From Anaeromyxobacteraceae bacterium (GTDB lineage Bacteria; Myxococcota; Myxococcia; Myxococcales; Anaeromyxobacteraceae): a stretch of 64,000 bases of DNA. Where the stretch lies: NCBI GenBank assembly GCA_047602405.1, contig JASGHJ010000001.1:1472001-1536000 (forward strand), given 5' to 3'. This document shows, in pieces, positions 38,246 through 47,569 of the stretch. The notes beneath the pieces are model-generated. The model was given only the letters and a program-made list of their open reading frames with translations. It was not told the origin of the DNA and searched no databases. Position numbers and translations under genes: made by a program. The first letter of the stretch is position 1. Every line of letters begins with the position of its first letter.

Positions 38246-41200
38246 ATGCCTCTCCCCTCCCGGCGGGCCACCCCGCCGCGCCCGTCCAGCCTCGCCCTCG
38301 CGGCTCTCGCCGGGGTCCTCGTCGCCACCTCCGGCGCGGCCCCCCGCGCCGCCCGCGCCGCGCCCGCCCGGGGCGCCGCGGCGCCCGCGCCCGCCTACGC
38401 GGCCGACCCCACCGCCGCCCGCCTCCGCGCCGGCCTCGAGGAGCTGGCCCGCGACCGCCGCGGCCCCCGCGGCCTCGTGCCGCTCGCGCGCCTCGGCGAC
38501 CTCGAGGACGAGGCGCCCGATCTCTCGGTGCTCGCCCGCGCGTACGGCGACGCCGCGGGCGACCCGGCCGCCGACCCCGAGGTCCGCGCGCTCGCGCGGC
38601 TGCGCCTCGCGAAGGTCGAGCGGGCCCGGGGCAACCTGCAGCGCTCCGCGGCCGCGCTCCGGCACCTCGGCCTCGTCGCGCGCTGGAAGGTGATCGGGCC
38701 GTTCGACGACGAGGGGAAGCGCGCCCTCGACGTCGTGTACCCGCCGGAGAAGGGGCTCGACCTCGGTGCGGCCGCGCAGGGCAAGGCGCGGGAGGTCTCG
38801 TGGCGCGACCTCCCCGACGACGCCATCGACGACGGCTTCGTCCACCTCGGCGCCGCGGTCCGGCCGTCGCGCGAGGTGGCCGCCTACGCGGTCGCCTTCG
38901 TGGACTCGCCCCGCGACGAGCGGGTGGTGCTCTGGTTCGGCGCGAGCGGAGCCGCCAAGGTCTGGGTGAACGGGGCGCTCGCGCTCCAGGACCGGGGCTA
39001 CCACGTGGCCCGGCCCGACCAGCGCGGCGCACGGATCGCGCTCCGCCGCGGGACGAACGCGATCCTCGTGAAGCTCTGCCACCAGGACGGGCGCATGGGC
39101 TTCTGGCTCCGGCTCGCCGACGAGCGCGGGGAGGGCAAGGTGCTGCCTCCCGCGGCCGCGGCCTCGACCGGCGCGGGGCCGGCGGCGGTCCTCGCCGCGA
39201 CGGCGCCCGCGGCGCCTCCGGTCGAGGGCGCGGTGGCGAAGCTCGAGCGGCGCGCCGCCGCCGCGGCGCGCGCGGGGAAGGCCGCCGAGGCCGCCGCCCG
39301 GCTCGACCTCGCGATCGCGCTCGTGGAGCGCCAGAGCGCCGACCTGGGCGAGCGCCGGCCCGCCGCCGAGGCCCGCCGCGCCGTCGCGCTCGCGCCCTCC
39401 TCGGTGGAGGCGCGCCTCGTCGCCGCCCGGCTCGAGGACGACCACGGCCCCCGGCGCCAGCACCTCGACGCCGCGCTCGCGGCCGCCCCCGGGGACCCGG
39501 AGGTGCTGCTCGCCGTCGCCCGCGACGAGCTCGACCAGAACCGGCCACACGCCGCCCTCGCGCTCGTGGAGCGCGCCCGGGCCGCCGCGCCGGAGTGGCC
39601 GGCGGCGCGGGTCGTGCGGGTGGAGGCGCTCGCGCGGGCGGGGCTCGACGCCGGCGCGACGCTCGCCGCCTTCGAGGCGGCCGACCGCTGCGCCACGGTG
39701 CCGGACGCGGTGCGCGCCGCCGCCCGGGCCGCGCGCCGCCTCGGCCGCAGCGAGGAGGCCGCCGGCCGCCTGCGCACGCTGCTCGCGCTCCGCTTCGACG
39801 ATCCCGAGGCCCGGGGCTCGCTCGCCGGCTTGCTCGTCGACCGCGGCGACGTGGCGGGCGCGATCGCGCTCCAGCGCGAGGGGCTCCGGCTCGACCCGTC
39901 GGACCTCGGGCTGCGGCTGGCCCTCGCCGACCTCCTCGCCGCGAACGGGCGGATGGACGACGCCGAGGTCGCCTACGCCGCCGCCGCCGCGCTCGCGCCC
40001 GAGGAGGCCGACGTGCACGAGCGGCGCGGCCGCGCCCGGCTCTCGGCCGGCCAGGCCGAGGGCGCGCTCGCGGACCTGCGGCGCGCGCTCGAGCTCCGGC
40101 CGCAGGCGCCCGGCGTGAAGGAGCTCGTCCAGAGCCTCGAGCCCGCCCGCGAGCGCTTCGAGGCGCCGTACGCGCTCGACGCGCGGAAGCTCGCCGCGGA
40201 GGCCGCCTTCGACAAGGCGTCGGCCCGGGAAGCGAAGGAGGACGCGGTCGTGCTCGGGGAGCTCCAGGTCACCCGGGTCTTCCCCTCGGGCCTCTCGGCC
40301 GCCTGGCACCAGCAGGTGACGAAGGTGCTCACCCAGCGCGGCGTGGAGCAGCTCCGCCGGCACTCCATCGGCTGGACCCCGGACCGCCAGGAGGTGAAGG
40401 TCGAGCGCGCCCGGATCCTCAAGCCCGACGGGGCGGTGGTCGAGGCGCACGACGAGGCGGAGCACAGCGCGTCCGAGCCGTGGTACCGGCTCTACTACGA
40501 CACGCGGGTGAAGACGCTCTCGTTCCCGGCGCTCGCGCCGGGCGACGTGCTCGAGGTCGCGTGGCGGGTGGACGACACCGCCGGCGAGAACCTGCTCTCC
40601 GACTACTTCGGCGACCTCGCCTTCCTCGAGGATCCGATCCCGAAGCGGCGCTTCGAGTACGTGCTGCTCGTGCCCGGCTCGCGCCCGATCCACGCGAACG
40701 CGCCCGCGGGCGTCGAGCACACGATCCGCACGGTGGCCGAGGGCCCCGCCTCGAACGGCCTCGCCTCGAGCAACATCGTCGAGCACCGCTTCGTCGCGAA
40801 GGACGTCCCGAAGCTCGAGCCGGAGCCGGGCATGCCCGGGATGAGCGAGGTCGCCCGCTACCTGCACGTCTCGACCTACGAGAGCTGGGAGCAGGTCGCC
40901 CACTTCTACGAGGGGCTCGTGCGCGATCAGCTGAAGCCGGGCGAGGAGGTCCGCGCGGTCGCGCGGCGGCTCGCGGAGGGAGTGCTGGAGGCGCGCACGA
41001 GGCCGACCGTGAGGCGGGAGGGCCAGGGGCAGGGCCAGGGCCAGGGCCGCGGCGCCGCCGCGCTCGCCATCCCGCCGCCCGGCGGCTGGGACCGGGAGAC
41101 GAAGCGCGCGCTCGTCGAGGCCGCCTACGGCTTCGTCGTGACCCAGACCCGCTACGTCGGCCTCGAGTTCGGGATCCACGGCTACAAGCCGTACCGGGTC

Positions 41201-42178
41201 GAGCAGGTGCTGCAGCGCCGGTTCGGCGACTGCAAGGACAAGGCGAGCCTCCTCCACGCGCTCCTCGAGGCGATGGGCGTCGACAGCCGGCTCGTGCTCC
41301 TGCGCATGCGCCGGCTCGGCGCGATGCCCGAGGCCCCGGCCTCGCTCGCGATCTTCAACCACGCCATCGCCTACGTGCCGGACCTCGACCTCTGGCTCGA
41401 CGGCACCGCCTCGCAGTCCGGCACCCGCGACCTCCCCGGCGAGGACCGGGGCGCCACCGTGCTCGTGCTCGAGCCCGGGAAGCCGGTCTACCGGACCATC
41501 CCGGCCGCCCGCCCCACCGACAACGTGCTCGAGACGACCTTCGAGGTGACGCTCGCGCCCGACGGCAAGGCCGCGCTCGCCGGCCGCTCGCGCGTCGCGG
41601 GCGTGCAGGCGCCGGAGTACCGGCGCGCCTACCTCGCCGAGGGCGACCGCCGGGCCACGCTCGAGCAGGCCTTCAACCGGACCTTCCCCGGCCTCTCGGT
41701 GAAGGAGGTCTCCATCTCCGACCTCGGCCGCATCGAGGACGACGTCTCGATGCGCTTCCTCCTCGAGGTGCCGGACTACGCCCGGCGGGACGGCGACGGC
41801 CTGCGCTTCACGCCCTTCGGGGCGGGCCTGCGGTACGCCGAGGCGTTCGCCTCGCTCTCGAAGCGCAAGCAGGACCTCGTCATCGGCGATCCGTCCGAGA
41901 CCCGCTTCACGTACCGTTACCGGCTGCCCCCGGGCTGGGCCGTGACCGAGCTGCCGGAGCCCGCCTCCGGCGACGGCGAGGCGGCCGCGTTCGAGGTGCG
42001 CTACCGCCAGGAGCCCCCTGTCGGTCTCGAGGGCGGGGCGCTCGTCGCGGAGGGCCACGTGACCTTCAAGGCCGGGCGCGTCCCCGCCGCGGGCTACCGC
42101 GCGTTCCGCGACCTGCTCGGCCAGCTCGACCGCGCCTTCGACCGCAAGGTCCGGATCGCGCCCAAGGAGAAGCCGTGA
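38246..42178 (+). CDS. Exported TPR + DUF3857 + transglutaminase-like protein (Cys-His-Asp present)
   Basis: Signal peptide, beta-sandwich region, TPRs, LAPGDVLE, RYVGLEFGIHGYKP, FGDCKDKA, FNHAI, WLDGT. Confidence 0.85.
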   Translation: MPLPSRRATPPRPSSLALAALAGVLVATSGAAPRAARAAPARGAAAPAPAYAADPTAARLRAGLEELARDRRGPRGLVPLARLGDLEDEAPDLSVLARAYGDAAGDPAADPEVRALARLRLAKVERARGNLQRSAAALRHLGLVARWKVIGPFDDEGKRALDVVYPPEKGLDLGAAAQGKAREVSWRDLPDDAIDDGFVHLGAAVRPSREVAAYAVAFVDSPRDERVVLWFGASGAAKVWVNGALALQDRGYHVARPDQRGARIALRRGTNAILVKLCHQDGRMGFWLRLADERGEGKVLPPAAAASTGAGPAAVLAATAPAAPPVEGAVAKLERRAAAAARAGKAAEAAARLDLAIALVERQSADLGERRPAAEARRAVALAPSSVEARLVAARLEDDHGPRRQHLDAALAAAPGDPEVLLAVARDELDQNRPHAALALVERARAAAPEWPAARVVRVEALARAGLDAGATLAAFEAADRCATVPDAVRAAARAARRLGRSEEAAGRLRTLLALRFDDPEARGSLAGLLVDRGDVAGAIALQREGLRLDPSDLGLRLALADLLAANGRMDDAEVAYAAAAALAPEEADVHERRGRARLSAGQAEGALADLRRALELRPQAPGVKELVQSLEPARERFEAPYALDARKLAAEAAFDKASAREAKEDAVVLGELQVTRVFPSGLSAAWHQQVTKVLTQRGVEQLRRHSIGWTPDRQEVKVERARILKPDGAVVEAHDEAEHSASEPWYRLYYDTRVKTLSFPALAPGDVLEVAWRVDDTAGENLLSDYFGDLAFLEDPIPKRRFEYVLLVPGSRPIHANAPAGVEHTIRTVAEGPASNGLASSNIVEHRFVAKDVPKLEPEPGMPGMSEVARYLHVSTYESWEQVAHFYEGLVRDQLKPGEEVRAVARRLAEGVLEARTRPTVRREGQGQGQGQGRGAAALAIPPPGGWDRETKRALVEAAYGFVVTQTRYVGLEFGIHGYKPYRVEQVLQRRFGDCKDKASLLHALLEAMGVDSRLVLLRMRRLGAMPEAPASLAIFNHAIAYVPDLDLWLDGTASQSGTRDLPGEDRGATVLVLEPGKPVYRTIPAARPTDNVLETTFEVTLAPDGKAALAGRSRVAGVQAPEYRRAYLAEGDRRATLEQAFNRTFPGLSVKEVSISDLGRIEDDVSMRFLLEVPDYARRDGDGLRFTPFGAGLRYAEAFASLSKRKQDLVIGDPSETRFTYRYRLPPGWAVTELPEPASGDGEAAAFEVRYRQEPPVGLEGGALVAEGHVTFKAGRVPAAGYRAFRDLLGQLDRAFDRKVRIAPKEKP

Positions 42179-45100
42179 CCGCCCCCTGCGTCCTCGTCCT
42201 CGCCGCAAGCCTGGGCCTCGTCGCCTGCGCCGGCCCCCGCGGCGCCGGCGCGCCTCCGGGCGAGGTCACGCCCGGCGACCGCGCCGCCCGCCCGATCGCG
42301 GGCCGCCTCGTCCTCGAGAACGAGGCCGAGAAGGCGACCCTCGCCGCCCGCGAGGCGCTCGTCCGCCGCCACCCCGACGCCTGGAGCCTCGTCGGCGCCG
42401 CGCTCCTCGACCGGCGCGGCCTCGACGCCGCCGCCGAGATCAAGCACCTCGCCGCCGCGGTCGCGGAGGCGCCCGAGGCGCCGGTGGCGCTCGTCGCGCT
42501 CCGCCGCCTCTCCGAGCTCGCCGAGACCTCGCCCGACCGCGCGCGCGACGTGGAGGCCGCGGTCGCGCCGCTCCAGCCCCGGCTGCACGGGCTCGCGGCC
42601 TACCGCGGCCGCGTCGCGCGGGTGACCGCCGCCGAGGTGCTCGGCGACCACGCCCGCTCCGCCGCGCTGCGCCTCGAGAACGGCGCCATCCGGGGCTGGG
42701 CGCTGTCGGGCCCCTACGGCCTGCACGCCGCGATGGACTTCGAGACCGCCTTCGCCCCGGAGCGCGGCGAGCTCCCGCGGAGCCTCCCCGGCCCGCTCGG
42801 CCTCCCGCCGCGCGAGACCCGCCCGCTGCCCGCGCCCGACGGGACCATCTCCATCGAGGGCGAGCCCGCCGACGGCGACGTGTTCTACCTCGCCGCCGAC
42901 CTCGTGGCCGAGCGCGGTGGGCTCTACATCGCGACCTTCGGCACGCAGATGTCGGTGCGGGCCTGGCTCGACGGCGTGCCCATGCTGGAGCGGCGCGCGT
43001 GGACCGGCCACCTCCCCACCATCGCGCACGTGCCGGTGAACCTCACGCCGGGCGCGCACCGGCTCGTCGTGAAGGTGGCGCACGGTGATCGCCGCGGCGG
43101 GCTGCACGCCGCCTTCGCCCGCGAGGACGGCGCGCCCTCCGACGTGCGCGGCGCCGCGTCCGCGCCCGGCCCGGTGCCCGCCGTGGTGGCCCGCGCCGTG
43201 CCCGCGCCGCTCTTCAGCGCACGCGACATGGTCCGGCTCCTCGAGCCGGCCGCCGGCGCGGCGCTCGCCCGGCTGTTCGCCGGCCACGAGGTGGTCTCGA
43301 ACGACCGCGAGTCGGCGAAGGCCCTCCTCGCGGAGGCGCTCGCGCTCGCGCCGGCATCCGCGGCGATCCGCGCCGCCCGGGCCGACGCGCTCGACGGCGA
43401 CCCCAGCCTCGACGAGGCGGCCGCGCGGGCGCGCGTGGAGTCGGACCTGCGCGAGGCGCTCCGGCGCGACCCCGGGAACGCCGAGGCGATGGTGGACCTC
43501 GCCACGCTCCTCGTCCGCGCGGAGCGGCTCGACGACGCCGACGCCGTGCTCGCGAGGCTCCCCGCCGCCGCGGCGGCCCGCCCGGCCGGGCTCGAGGCCC
43601 GTGCCCGCGCCGCCGAGGCGCGCGGCCTCTCCGAGCGCGCGGAGGCGCTGCTCGCCCAGGCGGGCGCCGGCGCGACCTGCGGCGCCATCGACCTCGCCTA
43701 CAACCTCGCCGGCCGCCGCCGCGCGATCTCGCGCGAGGACGAGCTCGCGGCGCTCCGGGCGACCTGCCGCGGCGGGCGCGAGCGGCTCGCGCACCACCTC
43801 CGCCAGCGGGGCGACGCGTCCGGCGCCGAGCGCGCGCTCCGCCCGACCGTCGAGGCGAGGCCCTGGGATCTCGAGCCCGGGCTCGCCCGCGCCGCCGCGC
43901 TCGTGGCGGCCGGCGACGCGAAGGGTGCCGCGGCCGCGGTGGAGGCGCTGCTCGCCATCTGGCCGCGCTCCGCGCGCCTGTGGGTGAAGCTCGGCGAGCT
44001 CCGGCAGCTCGCCGGGGACGCGCGGGGCGGGCGGGCCGCGCGCGAGCGGGCGCTCGTCCTCGACGGCGCGGACCTCGCGGTCCGGCGCGCGCTCGCGGCC
44101 GAGGACGGGAAGGAGCTCCTCTCCGACCTCGCCGAGGACGGTGACGCCGCGCTCCGCGCCTACGCCGCGGGCGCCCGGCGCACCGACGCCTCCTCGGCGA
44201 TGGTGCTCGACGCCGCCGCCGTGGAGCTCCACCCCGGCGGCTTCGCCACCGAGCGGACCCACCAGATCATCCACGTGCTCGACCAGAAGGGCGTCGAGCA
44301 GTTCGGCGAGGTCACGGTGCCGGCCGGCGCGGACGTGCTCGTGCTGCGCACCGTGAAGGCCGACGGCCGCAAGCTCGAGCCCGAGCGCGCGGGCGCGGCG
44401 AAGGGCTCGGTGTCGCTCGCGGGGCTCGAGCCCGGCGACTTCGTGGAGACCGAGTGGCTGAAGGCCGAGCGCGGCACCGCCGCTGGCTACGCGGCCGACC
44501 CGTTCTTCTTCCAGGTCGCCGGCACCCGCCTCGCGCGGTCGGTGTACGCGGTGGCCGCCCCCGCGGGGCTCGGGCTCGCGGTGGACGCCCACGGCATGCC
44601 CGCGCCGCCCGTCGAGCGGGTCGGCGACCGCGACGTCCTGCGCGCGGAGGCCCGCGACGTGGCCGCCTTCCAGCTCGAGCCGGGCGCGACGGCGTCGACC
44701 GAATACCTCCCGTTCCTGCAGGCCGGCGTCGGGGCCGGGCGGGACGCGCTCATGCTCGGCCTCGCCGAGGCGATGAGCGACAACGCGCGCTCCACCGTGG
44801 AGCTCGCCGCGTTCGCGCGCGAGGTGCGCGCCGCCGCCGGCGGGTCCGGCGCGCCGCTGGCAGCGCTCGTCAGGACCGCGTACGCGCGGGTCGCGAAGGC
44901 GGTGAACGGGCAGGGGGGCGGGCTCGGCGACGACGCGAGCCAGGTGCTCTCGCGCGGCCGGGGCAGCCGGCTCGTGCTGCTCCTCGGCGTGCTGAAGGAG
45001 CTCGGCGTGCCCGCGCGGCTCGCGGTCGTGAAGCCCTTCGGCTCCGACGAGGCGCCCTACCGGTTCCCGTCCTTCGCGCTCTACGGCCAGCCGGTGCTGA

Positions 45101-45927
45101 AGGTCGAGGCGGGCGGCGAGACCTTCTGGCTCGAGCCGTCGAGCCGGCTCGCGCCGTTCGGCGCGCTCTCCGCCGCCGCCCGCGACGTGCCGGCGGTGCT
45201 CCTCCCCGGGCCGGGCGAGCCGGTCAAGGAGGTGCGGACGCCGGCGGGTGCGCCCGACGCCGAGCGCCGCGACCTCGAGGTGCGGATCGCGCTCGAGGCG
45301 AGCGGGTCCGCCCGGCTCTCCGGCGCCGACACCTACCGCGGCATGCTCGGCGCCGGCGTGAAGGCCGCGCTCGAGCGGCTCGACGCGCGGGCGCGGCGCC
45401 AGGCGGTCGAGGCGATGCTCGCGCGGAGCTTCCGCGGCATCGAGCTCGAGGAGGTCACGTTCTCCGGTGAGGACGACCCCGACGCGCCGCTCGTCATCCG
45501 CTGGAAGGGCCAGGCGCGCGACGCCGCGCGCGCGCTCGCGCAGGGGTTCGCGCTCGACGGCACGCCGTTCGCGGCGCGGCTGGGGGCGCGCTTCGTCCAG
45601 CTCGCGGCGCGGCGCACGCCGCTGCTCGTCGGCGCGGAGGAGCGCACCCGGCTGCGGCTGGAGGTGGTCCCACCACCTGGGTACGTCGCCGGCGCGCAGG
45701 CCGAGGAGTCGGTCGCCACCCCGTTCGGCACGTACTCGCGGCGCGATCGGACCGCGGAGGGCGGTGCGCTCGTGCGCGAGGAGGACCTCGTGCTGGCTCG
45801 CGCGCGGGTGGCGCCCGGCGACTACGCCGCGTTCGCGCGCTTCGCGAGCGCGGTCGACGCCGCGCAGGAGCGCCCGGTGATCGTGACGACCCGGGGTGAG
45901 TCGTCACCCTCGATCCCGCGGTCCTGA
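42175..45927 (+). CDS. Predicted lipoprotein, TPR + DUF3857 + degenerate transglutaminase-like domain
   Basis: GTGA overlap with the previous gene; lipobox LVAC; LEPGDFVE; catalytic region reads RGRGSRLV / LYGQPV / WLEPS (no Cys or His). Confidence 0.78.
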   Translation: MTAPCVLVLAASLGLVACAGPRGAGAPPGEVTPGDRAARPIAGRLVLENEAEKATLAAREALVRRHPDAWSLVGAALLDRRGLDAAAEIKHLAAAVAEAPEAPVALVALRRLSELAETSPDRARDVEAAVAPLQPRLHGLAAYRGRVARVTAAEVLGDHARSAALRLENGAIRGWALSGPYGLHAAMDFETAFAPERGELPRSLPGPLGLPPRETRPLPAPDGTISIEGEPADGDVFYLAADLVAERGGLYIATFGTQMSVRAWLDGVPMLERRAWTGHLPTIAHVPVNLTPGAHRLVVKVAHGDRRGGLHAAFAREDGAPSDVRGAASAPGPVPAVVARAVPAPLFSARDMVRLLEPAAGAALARLFAGHEVVSNDRESAKALLAEALALAPASAAIRAARADALDGDPSLDEAAARARVESDLREALRRDPGNAEAMVDLATLLVRAERLDDADAVLARLPAAAAARPAGLEARARAAEARGLSERAEALLAQAGAGATCGAIDLAYNLAGRRRAISREDELAALRATCRGGRERLAHHLRQRGDASGAERALRPTVEARPWDLEPGLARAAALVAAGDAKGAAAAVEALLAIWPRSARLWVKLGELRQLAGDARGGRAARERALVLDGADLAVRRALAAEDGKELLSDLAEDGDAALRAYAAGARRTDASSAMVLDAAAVELHPGGFATERTHQIIHVLDQKGVEQFGEVTVPAGADVLVLRTVKADGRKLEPERAGAAKGSVSLAGLEPGDFVETEWLKAERGTAAGYAADPFFFQVAGTRLARSVYAVAAPAGLGLAVDAHGMPAPPVERVGDRDVLRAEARDVAAFQLEPGATASTEYLPFLQAGVGAGRDALMLGLAEAMSDNARSTVELAAFAREVRAAAGGSGAPLAALVRTAYARVAKAVNGQGGGLGDDASQVLSRGRGSRLVLLLGVLKELGVPARLAVVKPFGSDEAPYRFPSFALYGQPVLKVEAGGETFWLEPSSRLAPFGALSAAARDVPAVLLPGPGEPVKEVRTPAGAPDAERRDLEVRIALEASGSARLSGADTYRGMLGAGVKAALERLDARARRQAVEAMLARSFRGIELEEVTFSGEDDPDAPLVIRWKGQARDAARALAQGFALDGTPFAARLGARFVQLAARRTPLLVGAEERTRLRLEVVPPPGYVAGAQAEESVATPFGTYSRRDRTAEGGALVREEDLVLARARVAPGDYAAFARFASAVDAAQERPVIVTTRGESSPSIPRS

Positions 45928-45986
45928 GGGTCCTCGAAGATCGAGTGATCTCGGGCGAGAAGGCGTCTGGGCCGGCTCCGGCGGGC

Positions 45987-46002
45987 GGGCACGCCTGCTG
46001 CA
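45987..46002 (+). promoter_or_regulatory. Putative sigma54 promoter upstream of the Pxr-like RNA
   Basis: GGGCACG-CCTG-CTGCA, close to TGGCACG-N4-TTGCA with correct spacing. Confidence 0.55.
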
Positions 46003-46147
46003 AAAGAGCGTTCCCGTGCGTAGCGTCGTCCGGCTCCTGGAGGGAATCCTGCAGATCGCCCTGCGTGCGACTTGCTTCCCCCGTTCCCTCCTGGCGGCCG
46101 TACCCGTTCGCGTCGATCGCGGGCTCCCCTCCCGCGCACACCGGCGC

Positions 46148-46237
46148 ATCGGGTAGTCCCCCGGCGCGAAGCACCGGCCTCTCACCCCCTGGAGAGACCG
46201 AAGGCGGTCGTCCCCCCTGGCGACCGCCTTCTTTTTT
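46148..46237 (+). ncRNA. pxr: Pxr-like small RNA (three stem-loops, C-rich loops)
   Basis: GGTAGTCCCC, then SL1 46161-46177, SL2 CTCTC-ACCCCCTG-GAGAG 46179-46196, SL3 GAAGGCGGTCG-TCCCCCCTGG-CGACCGCCTTC 46200-46231 plus T6. Resemblance to myxobacterial Pxr is from recall, not a covariance-model search. Confidence 0.6.
46200..46237 (+). terminator. Intrinsic terminator (third stem-loop of the sRNA)
   Basis: 11-bp perfect stem followed by TTTTTT. Confidence 0.85.
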
Positions 46238-46366
46238 GCCCTCCATCTTGACTCTCCGTTCGGGTACCGGGCCGACGCCGCGGCCCGAGGCCCGTTCGCG
46301 AGGCGTTCATCGGCCGCGTGGTCTCCTCCGGACCGTCTCATCCCCCCGGTCCCGAAGGAGCCCCAC

Positions 46367-47422
46367 ATGAACGCCCTCGTCCTCGCCCTCGCGGTCGCCG
46401 CGTCCCCCGCGGCGGACGCTGCACTCGCCGCTGCACACGCCGCCGATCCCGTCCTCCACGAGGCCCGCGACACCTTCCAGCCCCTCCCGGCGGCGCCCCC
46501 GCCCGCCGCGCCCGGGCGCATCGAGCTCGGGAAGGCGCTCTACTTCGATCCGCGCCTGTCGGCGTCCCAGCTCATCAGCTGCAACACCTGCCACAACGTC
46601 GGGCTCGGCGGCGCCGACCTGCAGGCGACGTCCGTCGGGCACGGCTGGCAGCGGGGCCTGCGCAACGCGCCCACCGTGCTGAACGCGGTCCACAACGCCG
46701 CGCAGTTCTGGGACGGCCGCGCGGCGGATCTCGCCGAGCAGGCGAAGGGGCCGATGCAGGCCCCCGTCGAGATGGCGAACCCGCCCGCCCGCGTGCTCTC
46801 GACGCTCCGGAGCATCCCCGGGTACCCGCCGCTGTTCGCGCGCGCGTTCCCCGGCGAGAAGGACCCCGTGACGCTCGACAACGTCGCGGCCGCGATCGCC
46901 GCGTTCGAGGCGACGCTCGTGACGCCCCGCGCGCCGTTCGACCGCTGGCTCTCCGGCGAGGCGGAGGCGATCTCGGGCGAGGCGAAGGCCGGCGCGCGGC
47001 TCTTCATGGAGAAGGGCTGCGCGACCTGCCACGGCGGCGCCGGCGTGGGCGGCTCCGGCTACTGGACGTTCGGGCTCGTCGAGGCGCCGCCGGAGGCGGT
47101 GCGTCCCGCCGCGGACGTGGGCCGCATGAAGGTCACGAACGACCGGGCGGATGCGTACGCCTTCCGCACGCCGAGCCTGCGCAACGTCGCGCTCACCGCG
47201 CCGTACTTCCACTCCGGCGCGGCCTGGACGCTCGAGGAGGCGGTCGCGATCATGGCGACCGCGCAGACCGGCACGAGGCTCGAGCCGGGCGAGGTCGCGA
47301 AGATCGCCGCGTTCCTGCGCACGCTCACCGGCGAGCAGCCCCAGGTCTCGCACCCGGTGCTGCCGCGGAGCGGCGCGGGCACGCCGAGGCCCGCGCTCGC
47401 GGTCACGGTGGCGGAGCGCTGA
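46367..47422 (+). CDS. Di-haem cytochrome c peroxidase, copy 1
   Basis: AAGGAG RBS, signal peptide, GKALYFDPRLS, CNTCH, RNAPTVLN, QFWDGRA, CATCH, PSLRNV, APYFHSG. Confidence 0.92.
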   Translation: MNALVLALAVAASPAADAALAAAHAADPVLHEARDTFQPLPAAPPPAAPGRIELGKALYFDPRLSASQLISCNTCHNVGLGGADLQATSVGHGWQRGLRNAPTVLNAVHNAAQFWDGRAADLAEQAKGPMQAPVEMANPPARVLSTLRSIPGYPPLFARAFPGEKDPVTLDNVAAAIAAFEATLVTPRAPFDRWLSGEAEAISGEAKAGARLFMEKGCATCHGGAGVGGSGYWTFGLVEAPPEAVRPAADVGRMKVTNDRADAYAFRTPSLRNVALTAPYFHSGAAWTLEEAVAIMATAQTGTRLEPGEVAKIAAFLRTLTGEQPQVSHPVLPRSGAGTPRPALAVTVAER

Positions 47423-47569
47423 AGGCAGGGGCGTGGCGCGCGGACGCGGGCGGGCGCCGCGTCGACGGATCGTCCGGGCGCGGCGGGGCTGCGACCACCT
47501 GCCGCTCCCGGCCCGGCCTCCTCCGCAACAAGAATCGGGCTCCCAACCCCGAACCGGAGGACACCTCGG

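Noticed and set aside
38800..45927. 2375-aa ORF
   Set aside because: The real gene starts at GTG 42175 with an RBS and lipobox; the upstream part is an off-frame shadow.
46191..46210. GGAGAGACCGAAGG resembling a glycine riboswitch start
   Set aside because: No downstream CTCTCAGG or aptamer helices; better explained by the three-hairpin sRNA.
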